Source: Glaucostegus cemiculus | Taxonomy: Eukaryota | DNA length: 64,000 nucleotides | Assembly (NCBI GenBank): GCA_976551045.1 | Contig: CDPCPM010000180.1 | Span: forward strand, 25,048,001-25,112,000 | Reading direction: 5' to 3' | Shown here: positions 12,076 through 23,450 of the stretch, in pieces | How positions within the stretch are numbered: position 1 is the stretch's first letter | Layout: every line of letters starts with the position of its first letter | Position numbers and translations under genes: made by a program | Notes under the pieces: model-generated | Database searches by the model: none | What the model was told of the DNA's origin: nothing | Seen by the model: the letters and a program-made list of their open reading frames with translations, nothing else

Positions 12076-13459
12076 TTCTCTCAAACTCTTGTGAAGTCTT
12101 GTAGCTGAAGTAATATTGCAGTATGTGTGAATGACCCTGTGAACCTTTTACTGAGTGCACTACTTGAAACTCCATTAATGTTAGCAGCTAAAACAAATTT
12201 AAAAAAAGCTACAGAATGAAAGAAATTAGAACAAGAACAAAATATATTCAGATGTGTTCAATGTGCACAACATGTCATTCAGAAAATGAAGGGCAGACAG
12301 GTTAATATTCCAGCTGGCTCTTTTTTTTAGAACAATCACATCTAGTTTCCAAAACTGGAGAAAAGAACGGAGATCTGAAGACTTAAATTTTGAATTACCG
12401 ACCATATAGCACAATTGTTAACCTATTCATGTTAAATGAGTAAGCACTGAGGTTTAAGTAACACTGATCAGAAAATCTGGGCTCAAACATAGTAATTGCC
12501 CTCATAAAGGGACATGTTAGTCACCTTGTAAGTAAACTAGAAGAAGGTGTAAAATGTTGGAGGTGAATATCAAGTGCAAATATTAATGAAACTTGAATTT
12601 AAAGTCCTCTGTACAACAATTTTTTGTTTGCCTGTGAGTAGCATGCTGTGGAGTTATGCATGCCACTTACCTATTTAATTATGTTTCTGGTTTCCTAAAA
12701 AAATTGATAAATCACTAGGTAGCACTCATGTGAATTAATTCTCTGAGATCATCATGCTGCTTTATTTCCTGTGAGCAATTGAATTACTGTTGTTCTGACC
12801 CACTGTAGAATTGTTTTTATGGTTTCTGTTCGATGAGTAATAGCATTACTTGCTTTTCTCTAATATGGTTTAATGATATTTTTTCTGCCCATTTCTGTAT
12901 CTGGTTTGCTAATCAGTGTATTCAGATTCATGCCTATTTCTTAATCTTGTTTTGCAATGATTTTTCAGTGAAACAGGATTTTATTTAAAAATATACAACC
13001 ATAGTTCTTCTTAAACAATTACCAATTATGGAGTTTCAACTTTTAATCACCTTTAATCTTTTCAAGAGTACTTTTTTTAATGGGAATGATCAATTTCAAC
13101 AAAAAAAAACTTGCTTCCTTTCTGTGGAACCTGTAATGCAGCAAAAAAAAAGCAAGCTTCACATGAGCCTTAAATTAATGATTAATACTGAGCCACATGG
13201 GTTATTAGAGCGGATAACTTAATGCATGCTCAAAGAACTAGGCTTAAAGGAACCACTCAAATGAGAAATTGGGGAGGGGAGGGGAGGGGAGAGGGGGTGG
13301 TGAAAGTAATATGTTACCTTTACCACTTTCCTTTCTTATCCTAGCATACTGAACCAAAATTGTATCCCCAATCCTCATCCCAAAATCGCAATTTTCTCTT
13401 GTCCTCCTCCTACTTTCTTCTACGTCAGTGCCAGGATTAAAATTTTATCAGCTTACTGA

Positions 13460-13748
13460 AGGGTATAGGTTTAAGGTTAGAGGGGGAAAGTTTAAAGGAG
13501 ATGTGCAGGGCAAGCTTTTTACACAGTGTGGTAGGTGCCTGGAATGCACTGCCTAGGGGAGGTGGTAGAAGTAGATACAATAGCAACACTTAAGAGCCTT
13601 TTAGACAGATACATGAACAAGCAGAGAATAGAGGGGTATGGACCATGAGCAGGTGGATGGGGTTAGTTAGGTTGGAATATTAGTCGGCACAGTCTGATGG
13701 GTTGAAGGGCCTGTTCCTGTACTGTATTGTTCTATGTCCTATGTTCTA
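13460..13748 (+). mobile_element. CR1 LINE 3' fragment
   Basis: ggtgcctggaatgcactgcc (AWNALP), and tail gaagggcctgttcctgtactgtattgttctatg. Confidence 0.9.
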
Positions 13749-13799
13749 AAAGATCTTATGGGAAATTTTAACTGAGTTTTGTACATTTTCACACTAGTA

Positions 13800-14048
13800 A
13801 AATTGTGACCACATGAGCTTCCTTTGAGTGCTCTGGTTTCCTCCCACATCCCAATGCCATGTGGGTTGGTAGGTCAATTGGACACTATAAATTGCCCTAG
13901 TGTGTAGGCGAGTGGTAGAATCTAGGGTGGGAGAATGCACTAGGATTAGTGTAGGATCAGTGTAAGGGGGAGCTTGATGGTCAGCACAGACTCAGTGGAC
14001 AGAAGGGCTTGTTTCCATGCTGTAGGACTCTATGATTCTGTGACTCTG
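13800..14048 (+). mobile_element. V-SINE, 3' two-thirds
   Basis: gtgctctggtttcctcccacatccc..taaattgccctagtgtgtagg..gggcttgtttccatgctgta. Confidence 0.8.
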
Positions 14049-14079
14049 TGGTAATGGATGATGAATGCAGTAGAGTAAG

Positions 14080-14700
14080 AGCAAACTGATTGCAATGAGG
14101 TTGTATAGCCAAGGACTTTTTAATGAGGTTGTACTGTCAAACAATTGCCTCTCCCCATGAGGAGGCACTTCAATAGTGCCACCTGTGCAGCCCTAGTTAG
14201 TGACCATTTCCTTGGTAAGTTCTTCATATGAAGATATTAGTTCTAATTCCAACAGCCAGGAGTGACTGGCACAGGCAAAGTAAACAGAAAAGTAATATGA
14301 AGAAGACAGTGGATTAGATGTTGTACCTCGCCCAAAAGATGTGCTGAATTAGTGCTGTACTGGGGTCCAAGGCAGTTTTGTCTCGGGGCGGTGGGAGCAG
14401 GAGAATGGATTTTTGAGCAAGGCATCACAGGCACTGCTGCTTGTGCACTGTCTCTTGTCATAACTGGGTAGTGCCCATAGGACTGGGTGCTCGACCGGAC
14501 ATCCTGGCAGCAGAGGTGGACATTTGGGGGAAGGGGCTGCAGTGGTTGTGTCCCCCTGGCAAAACTAATAGAAGGCATCAACTATAAAAGGCAAAGAAAT
14601 TTGGTTCATCATTGCACTGAAGAAGGACCCGTTGATGCCTTCTGCACTGCAACAATGCAGGTAAGGCCTATCCCTGTAAAAAGTGCTCACAAAGACCCGC
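14080..14700 (-). mobile_element. Heavily decayed PIF/Harbinger-like transposase relic
   Basis: Minus strand gives collinear degenerate motifs VQKASTG (compare VQGAIDCTH), PNVHLCCQD (SLNVQLVCD), SSACDALL (PGSCHDAFIL) and SWLLE (GWLLGD). Confidence 0.45.
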
Positions 14701-14949
14701 TTCCCTCCATAGGGGCCTAGTTTCCTATTTGAAGCCCGCTGTTCTTTGAAGAAGGGAGTTTCAGATTCGTAGCTATTTGAGAAAAAAATTCACCTCATCT
14801 GTCTTAAATGGATGACCTCTTATATTTAAATAGTAACCCCCTAGTTTGAGATAATCCCACAAGTGGAAACATTTTCTTCACATCCACCCTGTCAAGACCT
14901 CACAAGTTCTCGCATATTTCAGTCAAAGTCACCAACTTACTTACACTGG

Positions 14950-15300
14950 CAGAGTACGAGGTTATTGAGCCTGTTGACTCTATGTAGGCTCCCAGCAGAG
15001 CCATCCCATCAATCCCATTACCCCCTTATCACCTCCTTATTTTTCCTGCAGCCTTGCAACTTATTCTCTCTCACATACTCACCGTCATCCACCTTGGTTA
15101 TTTTGCCACTTATCCAAACTAAGAGATAATTTGTAGAAACCAATTAACCCACCGGCGCCTCTTTGGAATGTGGGAGGAAACAGGAATACCCAGCAGAAAC
15201 TCAGTCAGCCCTGTGGAGAACATGTAACTCTGCACAGACCACATCCAAAGCCAGGATCGAACTTGGGTGAAGCAGCAACAATAATTGTGGTGCCACCATG
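14950..15300 (-). mobile_element. V-SINE
   Basis: Reverse V-domain tttggaatgtgggaggaaacaggaatacccagcagaaac..gagaacatgtaactctgcacaga, with the head near 15295. Confidence 0.8.
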
Positions 15301-16149
15301 CCTCTCCACATGGCGCAATCCATCCATCCATCCAATTTCTGATGAGAGAGTTGTAAATGAAGAACTTTTATGGGCCTATAAACAAGAGAATATTTCAGTT
15401 GAAATTGAACACACTATCTTCTCTGCTCAGCATTTTAGACCAAGGAAAAAATATCATGTTTAAGTATGTAATTGCTATATGTGTTGACACTGATGCATTG
15501 TGGATATAGTGGCCTACCAGTCCACTATGTATGGAGCAACGCTGGTGCAACTTTGGGAATCTGTTACCTGGTTGATCTACTGTGGTTGAGTACTCCGGAG
15601 GTCAGGGCTTTATCTGTAAAGAAACTGAGAAAGGGAAAAACTCTTGAAAGCTTTCCTACCTTATCATTTATGTTTCTTATATTACTAATAAATCTTTGGT
15701 GTTTGTTTGAGAAAGTAAGATACTTAATTCTTTTGATCTTGGCTAAGTTAAGGTGTGATACATTCAGTTTTTGATAAAGTTTCATTGTAAGAATAGTCCT
15801 GCTAACCAGTGTACTGTGTTTTATGTGGTTAACCATTCACAAATGATACTCTGTCAGAACAGACAGAGATACATACCATACTTCAAATTTCTAATATGAA
15901 AAATCAGAGTTGGTAAATGTTTCTCCTTTTGGATGAGATGATTTGGATTTAGCATCTAAGGCCCAGGTTGTTTCCTGAGTTGGAAGAAAATACCTGATAG
16001 CACAGTTGAGAAGGTGTTGAAGAGTTCTGGTAAATGTTCATCCCTCAACCAACATAATTAAAAAGGCAGATTACATGTTTGTAATCATATTGCTGTATAT
16101 GGAATCTTCCTTTGTGCAAATTGGTTGCTACTTTGGACAGGACAGTTAT

Positions 16150-16445
16150 GCAGTTAGTATAGCTACTGTCTTACAGCTCTAGTAACCCATGTTCAGTCCT
16201 GATCTCTAGAGCTATTTGTTTGGAGTTTGCATGTTCTCCCTGTGACTGCCTGGGTTTTCTTCAGGTGCTCTGGTTTCCTCCCACATCCCAAAGACGTGCA
16301 AATTGGAGGGTTAATTGGCCTCTGTAAATTATTCCTAGTGTGCAGATGTGGTAGAGCCCAGTGGGGAGTTGAAGGGAACATGGAAAGAAAAAACGAGATT
16401 AGTGTAGGATCAGTGTAAATGAATGATTGATGGTTGGCCTGGCCA
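16150..16445 (+). mobile_element. V-SINE
   Basis: ggagtttgcatgttctccctgtgactgcctgggttttcttcaggtgctctggtttcctcccacatcccaaagacgtgc. Confidence 0.85.
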
Positions 16446-16449
16446 TTGC

Positions 16450-16982
16450 CAGTCACTTCAACTCCTCCTCCCACTCCATCACAGATATGTCAGCCCTCAG
16501 CCTCCTCCACTGTTAGGAAAATTCCAAGTGCAAACTAGAGTAACGACACCTCATTTTCTGTCTTGGAACCTTGCAGCCCAATGGCATGAACATTGGATTC
16601 TCCCACTGTAAGTAATCCCCGCAGCCCACCCCCAACCATGCCTCTTCTTTTCTTCCCTTTCCTAGCCTATCTCTCTTTCTTCTATTCCCCCTTTTTTTTC
16701 TCCTTACCTTTGACCCATCCCCTGGTGAATCTGCTCTCCCCTCCTTCCCCTCTCCTCCCTATCACTATCTCTTACCTGCATCTACCTATTACCACCCTGT
16801 GCCCACCCCCCCTGCCCTCTTTTGTCCAACTATCACTGCTCTGCTCATCCCTCTTATATATTGGGCTTTCCCTTTTCCTATCTTCAGTCCTGAAGAAGGG
16901 TCCTGACCCGAAATGTTGACTGCCTGCTTTTCTCCACGGATGCTGCCTGGCCTGTTGAGTTCCTCCAGCATCATAGTGTTGC
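16450..16982 (+). mobile_element. Penelope-like element 3' end with pLTR
   Basis: ccagtcacttcaactcc (ASHFNS), ttctgtcttggaaccttgcagcccaatggcatgaac (FCLGTLQPNGMN, the GIY-YIG C-terminus), a pyrimidine-rich spacer, then pLTR with ctgaagaagggtcctgacccgaaa. Confidence 0.85.
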
Positions 16983-17049
16983 TGCAAGAAGGTGCATGCC
17001 ATTCAAGTATTAAACGCTCTTTCTCAGCATCTGCATTTATTCACGTGAG

Positions 17050-17480
17050 GATCCACAAGACAAGGTCTGCCCATTGCTGCTCTCCGCTCTCTACCAGAGC
17101 TACTCATTAGTTTCACTCCCTAGCTGCTCCTCTGTTGCCTTGTAAATTTCTCCTCACTATATGTTTATCCAATTCTCCCAGAAGGCCAGAATGGAACCTG
17201 CCTCTTCTGCAGGCGGCACATTCTAATTGCTGCATTAAAACAGTTTCCTTGTCTCTTTATTAGTTCTCGTCCCCTTTTATGTTATACCTGTGAGCTCTAA
17301 TCCTTGACTCTTGCACAAAAGGGAACAGCCTCTCACTATCCACATCATCCAGATCCCTTATCATTTTATATACTTCTATCAAATTTTCCCTCAACCTTCT
17401 CATCTCTAAAGAAAACTGTGCCAGATTTTCTAGTAAGCAAAGCCCATATCCCAGAAACCATTCACGCAAATCTTTTCTTT
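17050..17480 (-). mobile_element. Old CR1 LINE 3' fragment
   Basis: Minus-strand FSLEMRRLRENLIEVYKMIRDLDDVD..LFP. Confidence 0.8.
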
Positions 17481-17974
17481 ATTAATTCATAAGGAGATTA
17501 GCCATGTGATGAATACAATTTTGTGGCTTAGAGATCTGATTGTGTAGCACTGATTTCCTTCATCACTTACAAAGCCAGTATTTCTTGCCCACCCCCCATT
17601 ACCCCTTAGTGTTGACGTGGTGAACTACTTCCCAAGTGCAGTTAAGATGCTGATTCTATTGTCTTAAACTAGTTGTGAAGAAGGAACAATATTATGCATC
17701 TGTGTCGGATGGTATGATATGGCAGGGGCATCACTTATATACCAACTCTCTCATTGTCCTTGCCCCTCTGATTTCCCCACCCCTCACCACCTGGTTCTAC
17801 GATGGCCAACCTTCCTTCAAACCTCCTGCATACTAACACACCATCCTGACACAGGCATATACTATATAATCCCTTCTTCCTTGCTGGTTCAAAGTCATGG
17901 AAGTAGTGTCTTGTAGGAGCAGCTTCACCAGATTGTCATGCACCTTCAAGGTAACAGGGGATGGGAAATAAAGG

Positions 17975-18110
17975 CAGCAAAAAACTGCAGATGTTGGAAA
18001 TCCAGAATAAAAACAGAAAATGCTATAAGAATTCAGCAGGTCACCCAGTATCTAAGAGGATAGAAACCAGGTCAAATGTTTCAGGTTAATAACCCTTCAT
18101 TTATCAAGTT
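17975..18110 (-). repeat. Penelope pLTR fragment
   Basis: aaaactgcagatgttggaaatccagaataaaaacagaaaatgct..tcagcaggtca..gtttcaggtt..cccttcat. Confidence 0.65.
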
Positions 18111-19637
18111 CTATTTTCATTTGTAATGGACGATAATGGCTGGTTTTGTTAACAATGTCCCCTTATATGATGACCTCAACCATAACATGTAATTCCAAAG
18201 CACCTCTAACACAGCAAAAATGCTCTCAGATTTGTCCCCCTTAACCCTGTGATTTTCCCCTCCAATTTTCTGGTCTCTGCCCACTCAATGCCCTGTCCCC
18301 TGAGGCCTGTATCAACTGATGAAGGTCCGAATCTCCATGCACCCTACTCCCTTCACCATCAATGTAAAAGTTGGGGAGAATAAATCAGCAGAGAGTATTT
18401 TCTGTAATTTATTTCCTACTTCCAGTACCCTGAGGTTTAGTAGACTAAAGGACATTAAAAAATGTCTTAATTTAACTGTAGTTCTTTTTGCTAGAAAAAT
18501 GTGTTACGTCACTTCCTTATTGTTACTGTTGAGGTATCCATAGCACTTGTCATGCCAGCTAATACATGTGATCGGCTTTCATTAAATATTAACAACAGAC
18601 CGTTATTAGATGATTTTTCTTCTCCACCAGAATTCAATTTTGTTCCACTTTGAAAATGAACATGATGTTATAATGATTAAGATTTTGCAATTGAAGTCAA
18701 TCTTAAAAGGAACATTTTGCTTACTGAATAAAATTTCCACTTTGTGACTTAGAAGTTCCACTCTTAAAATGAAGAAGACCCTCATTTACTATTTATATAT
18801 AAGTAGTATTCTTCTTCTTAGAAAATATGTTGAAAATCAACTGATGCAGAACGCACTTGACAAAGCTCATGGACTTTTGAAAACAGGCATCTTTTCAAGT
18901 CATAATGTAAATAATTTTGTATGTGAAATTAATGCAAACAGCCAGAATAGAGGATTTCATGTTTATGAATGGCAAGATGTAGGCTCACCTAATCTACTGA
19001 AAATTGATAACAGCATCAGCACCTGGCAGAGGCCAGTTGTTTCTGGGCAAGGTTCTGTAGAAAGAACTACTTCTGGCCCAGTCGTGGAGCAGCATAATCA
19101 GAAGCCTAATATATATTTGGTGAGCGGCAGGTAAAGGGAGAAAGACAATGACAAATTAGAGGAAAGGATGGAAGGGTAATTACAGAACATTTATGTCTGT
19201 GATTATTGTATTCCAAAATAATAAAGATATTAATGTTGGCCAAATTCATCAGAAGATAAAAGTCCTTATTCATTGCTAACCTTGGGTTCCTGCCAGGTAT
19301 CCAGTGGATCCAATAATACCACAGTCTTGACTGATATATCAGCCATTATAATGTTTTGTTTGCAGCAGAGAAAGATCACCAGTCTACTCGAGCAAGAAAA
19401 TTTCACTGATGCAATGAAGGAGTATATAGAGCCCCTTACTGTAAAGAAACAGGCCCTTTGGCCCACCATGACCATGTTGACCTTCTTGCCTACAGATGAC
19501 CAGTTTTGTTGCCAGCAAGATTTATGGGATGTGCTCAACTGGATTACCTCGCAGCTGTAAGATGGCCATTGAAATGAATGGGTATGCTCCTCCAGCTTTG
19601 GGTCTAGGCAGGGCCAGGAGGCATGAGCAGATTCCCA

Positions 19638-19775
19638 AACAACTCTGATGCAGGGTTTCAACCTGAAATGTCAACAGTTCCTTTCCACCCCACAGATGCT
19701 GCTCAGCCTGCTGAGTTCCTCCATCAGACTGTGTGTTGCTCCAGATTCCAGCACCTGCAGTCACTTGTATCTCCC
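19638..19775 (+). repeat. Penelope pLTR fragment with degenerate hammerhead-like motif
   Basis: ctctgatgcagggtttcaacctgaaatgtcaac..cacagatgctgctcagcctgctgagttcctcca..gctccagattccagcacctgcagtc. Confidence 0.75.
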
Positions 19776-20300
19776 AAACATCACCGTCAGGGAATCTCAG
19801 CAAGTTTATGCTCCACCTTTGAACTCTGCGAGTTCACCAGCAAGGTGCCATGTTAAGTGCTGCCTTTTTCAAACAGAGTTTAAACAACCCCACCCCACTG
19901 AATCAAGGAGCAGAGAGAATAAAAAAAACCCTTCTGCCTCAGTACAACTGTAGGACCAGTTTCACTGTAATGTTGAAGCTGAGTAAATAAAGCTATGGTG
20001 AAGTATTTGGGAAACCCTTGAATAATCAGACCACATTCACATTTTTGAGGGTGGTGGGATAGGGGCTGCTGATGGAGGTTAGGATCATTACTGACCACTC
20101 ATTACTTCTCTGCAGTTACCTGATGGTCAGGCGAGAGTTGTGCCAAATGTGGCTCCTGAAATGAAATTTTAATTAAGTCTCCTGCACCTCATTGATCTGT
20201 GATATTAATGCATTATCTTGGGTATACCAATAATAGGAGAGACAGACAACACTTTGTTTATAGCCTGTAAAATCTTACACATCACAGGCAATGAAACAAT

Positions 20301-20449
20301 TGCAAGCTCTGAAGAAAATTAAGGCTTTCTGCAGGCTCAGAAGAAAAGAAGTGAGGCAATTTTACCCTACAACTTTCTCTACTTTGTACTGTGCCTCACT
20401 TCTTTTCTTCTGAGCCTGTGGAAAGCCTCTGTTTTCTTCTGAGCTTGCA
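20301..20449. repeat. Inverted repeat with 58-bp arms and a 33-nt spacer
   Basis: 20301-20358 versus the reverse complement of 20392-20449: 52/58 identical by eye. Confidence 0.9.
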
Positions 20450-20869
20450 CTCTTTAGTTCTTTTATGCCTGTGAAATCCTGGATCACTTTCTCATTCCCC
20501 CTCTGCCCCATGCCCTCCTACCATGAACTGGGCCTGAACACAACATTTTGTTCCTTGAATTAGCTTGGGTGGCTAAATAGACTTGATTTTTCATATCCCA
20601 TTGAGGATGTTATCAGTGGTTTAACAAACCAAAAAATCCACCAGTCTGTAGATTAGTATGAAACTTTAGTGTGATTTTGTGGAATTGTTCCTGTTTGGTA
20701 GCACACCTCCAGCTGTATTGTCACTAATGTCACTGTGGCTCTTAAGTACATTTATTTTTATTTGTACAACCACAAGCATAAACTTGTGTAGAATATTTCA
20801 CATGTAAAATAAAAAGAGTAAATGATGGAGATTGTCAACAGGTCAGGCAGCTTCTGTGGAGAATGTGGA

Positions 20870-21082
20870 TGAATCCTTGATCTCCCAATTTACCTTGTCA
20901 CGGCCCTTGCATTTTACTTATTTAATGCACTGCACTTTCTCTGTAACTGCAACACTACATTCTGCATTCTGTTTTCTTTTTTCTGCCTCAGTGTACTTAT
21001 TTATGGCAAGATCTGCATGGCTGGCACATAAACAAAGTTTTTAACTGTATATCGTACACATGATGATAATAATAAACCAATA
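20870..21082 (+). mobile_element. LINE 3' tail (Rex1/Babar-like) inserted in a minus-strand pLTR fragment
   Basis: gcactgcactttctctgtaactgcaacactacattctgcattctg..ataataataaaccaat, flanked by pLTR halves at about 20810-20865 and 21085-21280. Confidence 0.55.
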
Positions 21083-21539
21083 GTTTATCAGTTCAATGAC
21101 CATGCATCAGAACTTGGAAAAGTTAGAAACTTAACACATTTTAAGTTGTAGAGGAGGGGTGGAGAGAACAAAGGGAATATCCATGATAGGGTGGAGACCA
21201 AGAGAGATTGAATGATCTGAGTGGAGCTAGCTGAGAAAGAGGTGAAAGGTTGTTAATTACAGCTGAAGGAGATGAATGAGAACAGAGGAGAGGGAGAAAA
21301 GAAAGCAATGTGGTCAAGTTCTTGCTTCATTCAAATTCCATTAATGTATCAATTAATTCTTAGGACTCTGCAACACCTTACTCCATGTCAGGCTGTGTTA
21401 TTCCTACTTGACGATCGCTCTTCTAACTTGCGTGACAATGTTATAATTCAATTTGCAAATTGAACCAGACATTTCATTACCAGGTGCTGCACTTACTCTA
21501 CTGTAAGTAGCTGTGTGCTTGCACTCCTGAGTCACGTAA

Positions 21540-21862
21540 TCTGCCTTGATACTCCAGTGTAATAACCACAAGAGTGCTTCACTGCCAAAGGTGCCACCTT
21601 TCAGATGAGACATTAAACCAAGGCTCTGGCTGTTGGATGTAAAAGGTTCCAGGGCATCCTTTGAGAAAGGACAAAGCAATCCTCCTTGTGGTCCTGGTCC
21701 TATAGTTATCCATAAGACAACAATACTAAAACAGATGATCTGGTGATGTATTCCACTGCTGTTTGTGGGACTTTGCTTTCTGCCTCTCTTTCTGCATTAG
21801 TGACTGCACTTTAGAAGTACTTTATTGACTGTGATGCACCTTGGAATGTCATTGAGGGGTGA
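21540..21862 (+). mobile_element. Deu-domain SINE (SacSINE1/AmnSINE-like)
   Basis: ggtgccacctttcagatgagacattaaaccaagg..ggatgtaaaagg..aaaacagatgatctgg..gctgtttgtggga..gaagtactttattgactgt. Confidence 0.8.
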
Positions 21863-21867
21863 CGTCG

Positions 21868-22210
21868 TAGAGATATATAAAATCATGAGGGGCATAGATA
21901 AGTCACAGTATTTTTCCCAGTGTAGGAGTGTTTAAACCTAGAAACATAGATCTAAGGTGAAAGGGGAAAGATTTAAAGGGGATCTAAGGGGCAACTGTTT
22001 CACACAGAGGATGGTGGGTATGTGGAATGAGCTACCAGAGGAACTGGTAGAGGGAAGAAAAATTACATTTAGGTAGGTCCATGCTTAGGAAAGGTTTCGA
22101 GGGACATGGTCCAAACACAGGCAAATGGGACTTGCTTAGTTTGGTAACTTGGTCAGTATGGAGTTGGGCCAAAGGGCCTGTTTCCCTGCCATATAATAGT
22201 ATGAGTCTAT
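21868..22210 (+). mobile_element. CR1 LINE 3' fragment
   Basis: tataaaatcatgaggggcatagata (YKIMRGID), tggaatgagctaccagag (WNELP), and tail gggccaaagggcctgttt. Confidence 0.9.
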
Positions 22211-22913
22211 GCTCCTGGCCAGCAGGCGTACACTTGGGGCTGGTAAAAGTCTGCGAGAGGTAAGGTCTCCTCTGCTCAGGGCTGGCTGTTGCCTGCTTTG
22301 GCCAATGGCCATCTGCTCGAGGTGAGCAGCCAGCTGTTTGAGGCCAGTACTTGTCTGCTTCTGTACCTGATGGCAGCAGTCTGCCATTCCTCTGTAGTTC
22401 AGAGGAGGTGAATTGCCTCCACCTGCCCTGCAGTAGCAGATAAGACCTTTACCATCACACCCTGCCCCAAGCTATGTCCGATCCCTCCAAGACCAAACTG
22501 TACACCATGTCCCTACTGGTAAGTAAGGATTACAGGCTCCATACAGGGCCCAGTGAAAAGTTGGAACAAACTTCCCTCATGCTCTTTGGCACCCCTTGTA
22601 GGCTTTTTGGAAGGTCAGATAATGAGTCCTGCATCTCCAGCTACAGCAGCACCATTTTATAGGCATCCCATAAATCTTCATCTGAATCCTCTGAAGAATA
22701 AGTGATGTGTGACATTGCTCTCTGCATTTGACCTGTCCTTCTCTTTCATCCGGGCTGCAGTCGAATATTTCCAGGTGCCTCACTCACATGAGGTTTGTCC
22801 CTCTTCAATGGCTCTGCTTCCCCCTCTACATTTCCAACTACACGTGCCTGCTTCCTCTGTCATGTTGGAGTTGGGTTCCTCAGATAGAAGAGGTGGGAGG
22901 ATGTGGAGGGCCT

Positions 22914-23145
22914 TGTATTATTATGTGTTTGTTATATAGTTATAATAAAGAACTACAGTTCCCAGCATGCAGTGCAAGGGGTCACATGGGGGAACTGGGT
23001 GCGGCTGTTAAAGGAGGAGGAATAAGCAGTTTCTCTCAATGGCAGCCAGCCAGCAGGTCTGTATACTTATTTTATTGTTTTAATAAAATGTTCAGTTGTT
23101 AAAACCACGCCAAGTTTGTTTCTTGGATGAAGAACAAACATAACA
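22914..23145 (+). mobile_element. Solo LTR (232 bp) with 5-bp target-site duplication
   Basis: TG...CA termini with imperfect terminal inverted repeats. GGCCT flanks both ends (22909-22913 and 23146-23150). AATAAA at 23082-23087. Confidence 0.75.
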
Positions 23146-23397
23146 GGCCTCTGCTGGTGGGATTTCTTAGGATCAAGGCACAACGGTGACATCACAGTGA
23201 GGAGGGGAGGGGAGGTAAGGTGGGACACGTGTGATTAAAAGCAGGATTATTTTGGCATGAATGGGAGTAGAAATATCTAAGGGCTGGATATGTGCAAGGC
23301 ACCACCTGGAATGGTTTCCAAACCTTCAGTGATGACTAGACACAGGACATCAAAGCTCATGGTGGGCAGCAATTCTCCTTGGAAAAGAAAAGGAAGA

Positions 23398-23450
23398 GTG
23401 TGTTTATGTGGTGTGTTTGTGTGTGTGTGGTGTGTTTGTGTGTGTGTGGG
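23398..23450. repeat. Imperfect (GT)n microsatellite
   Basis: gtgtgtttatgtggtgtgtttgtgtgtgtgtggtgtgtttgtgtgtgtgtgg. Confidence 0.9.

Noticed and set aside
19366-19445. Possible exon QRKITSLLEQENFTDAMKE
   Set aside because: The acceptor is plausible, but there is no good donor and the frame runs into a reversed CR1 tail.
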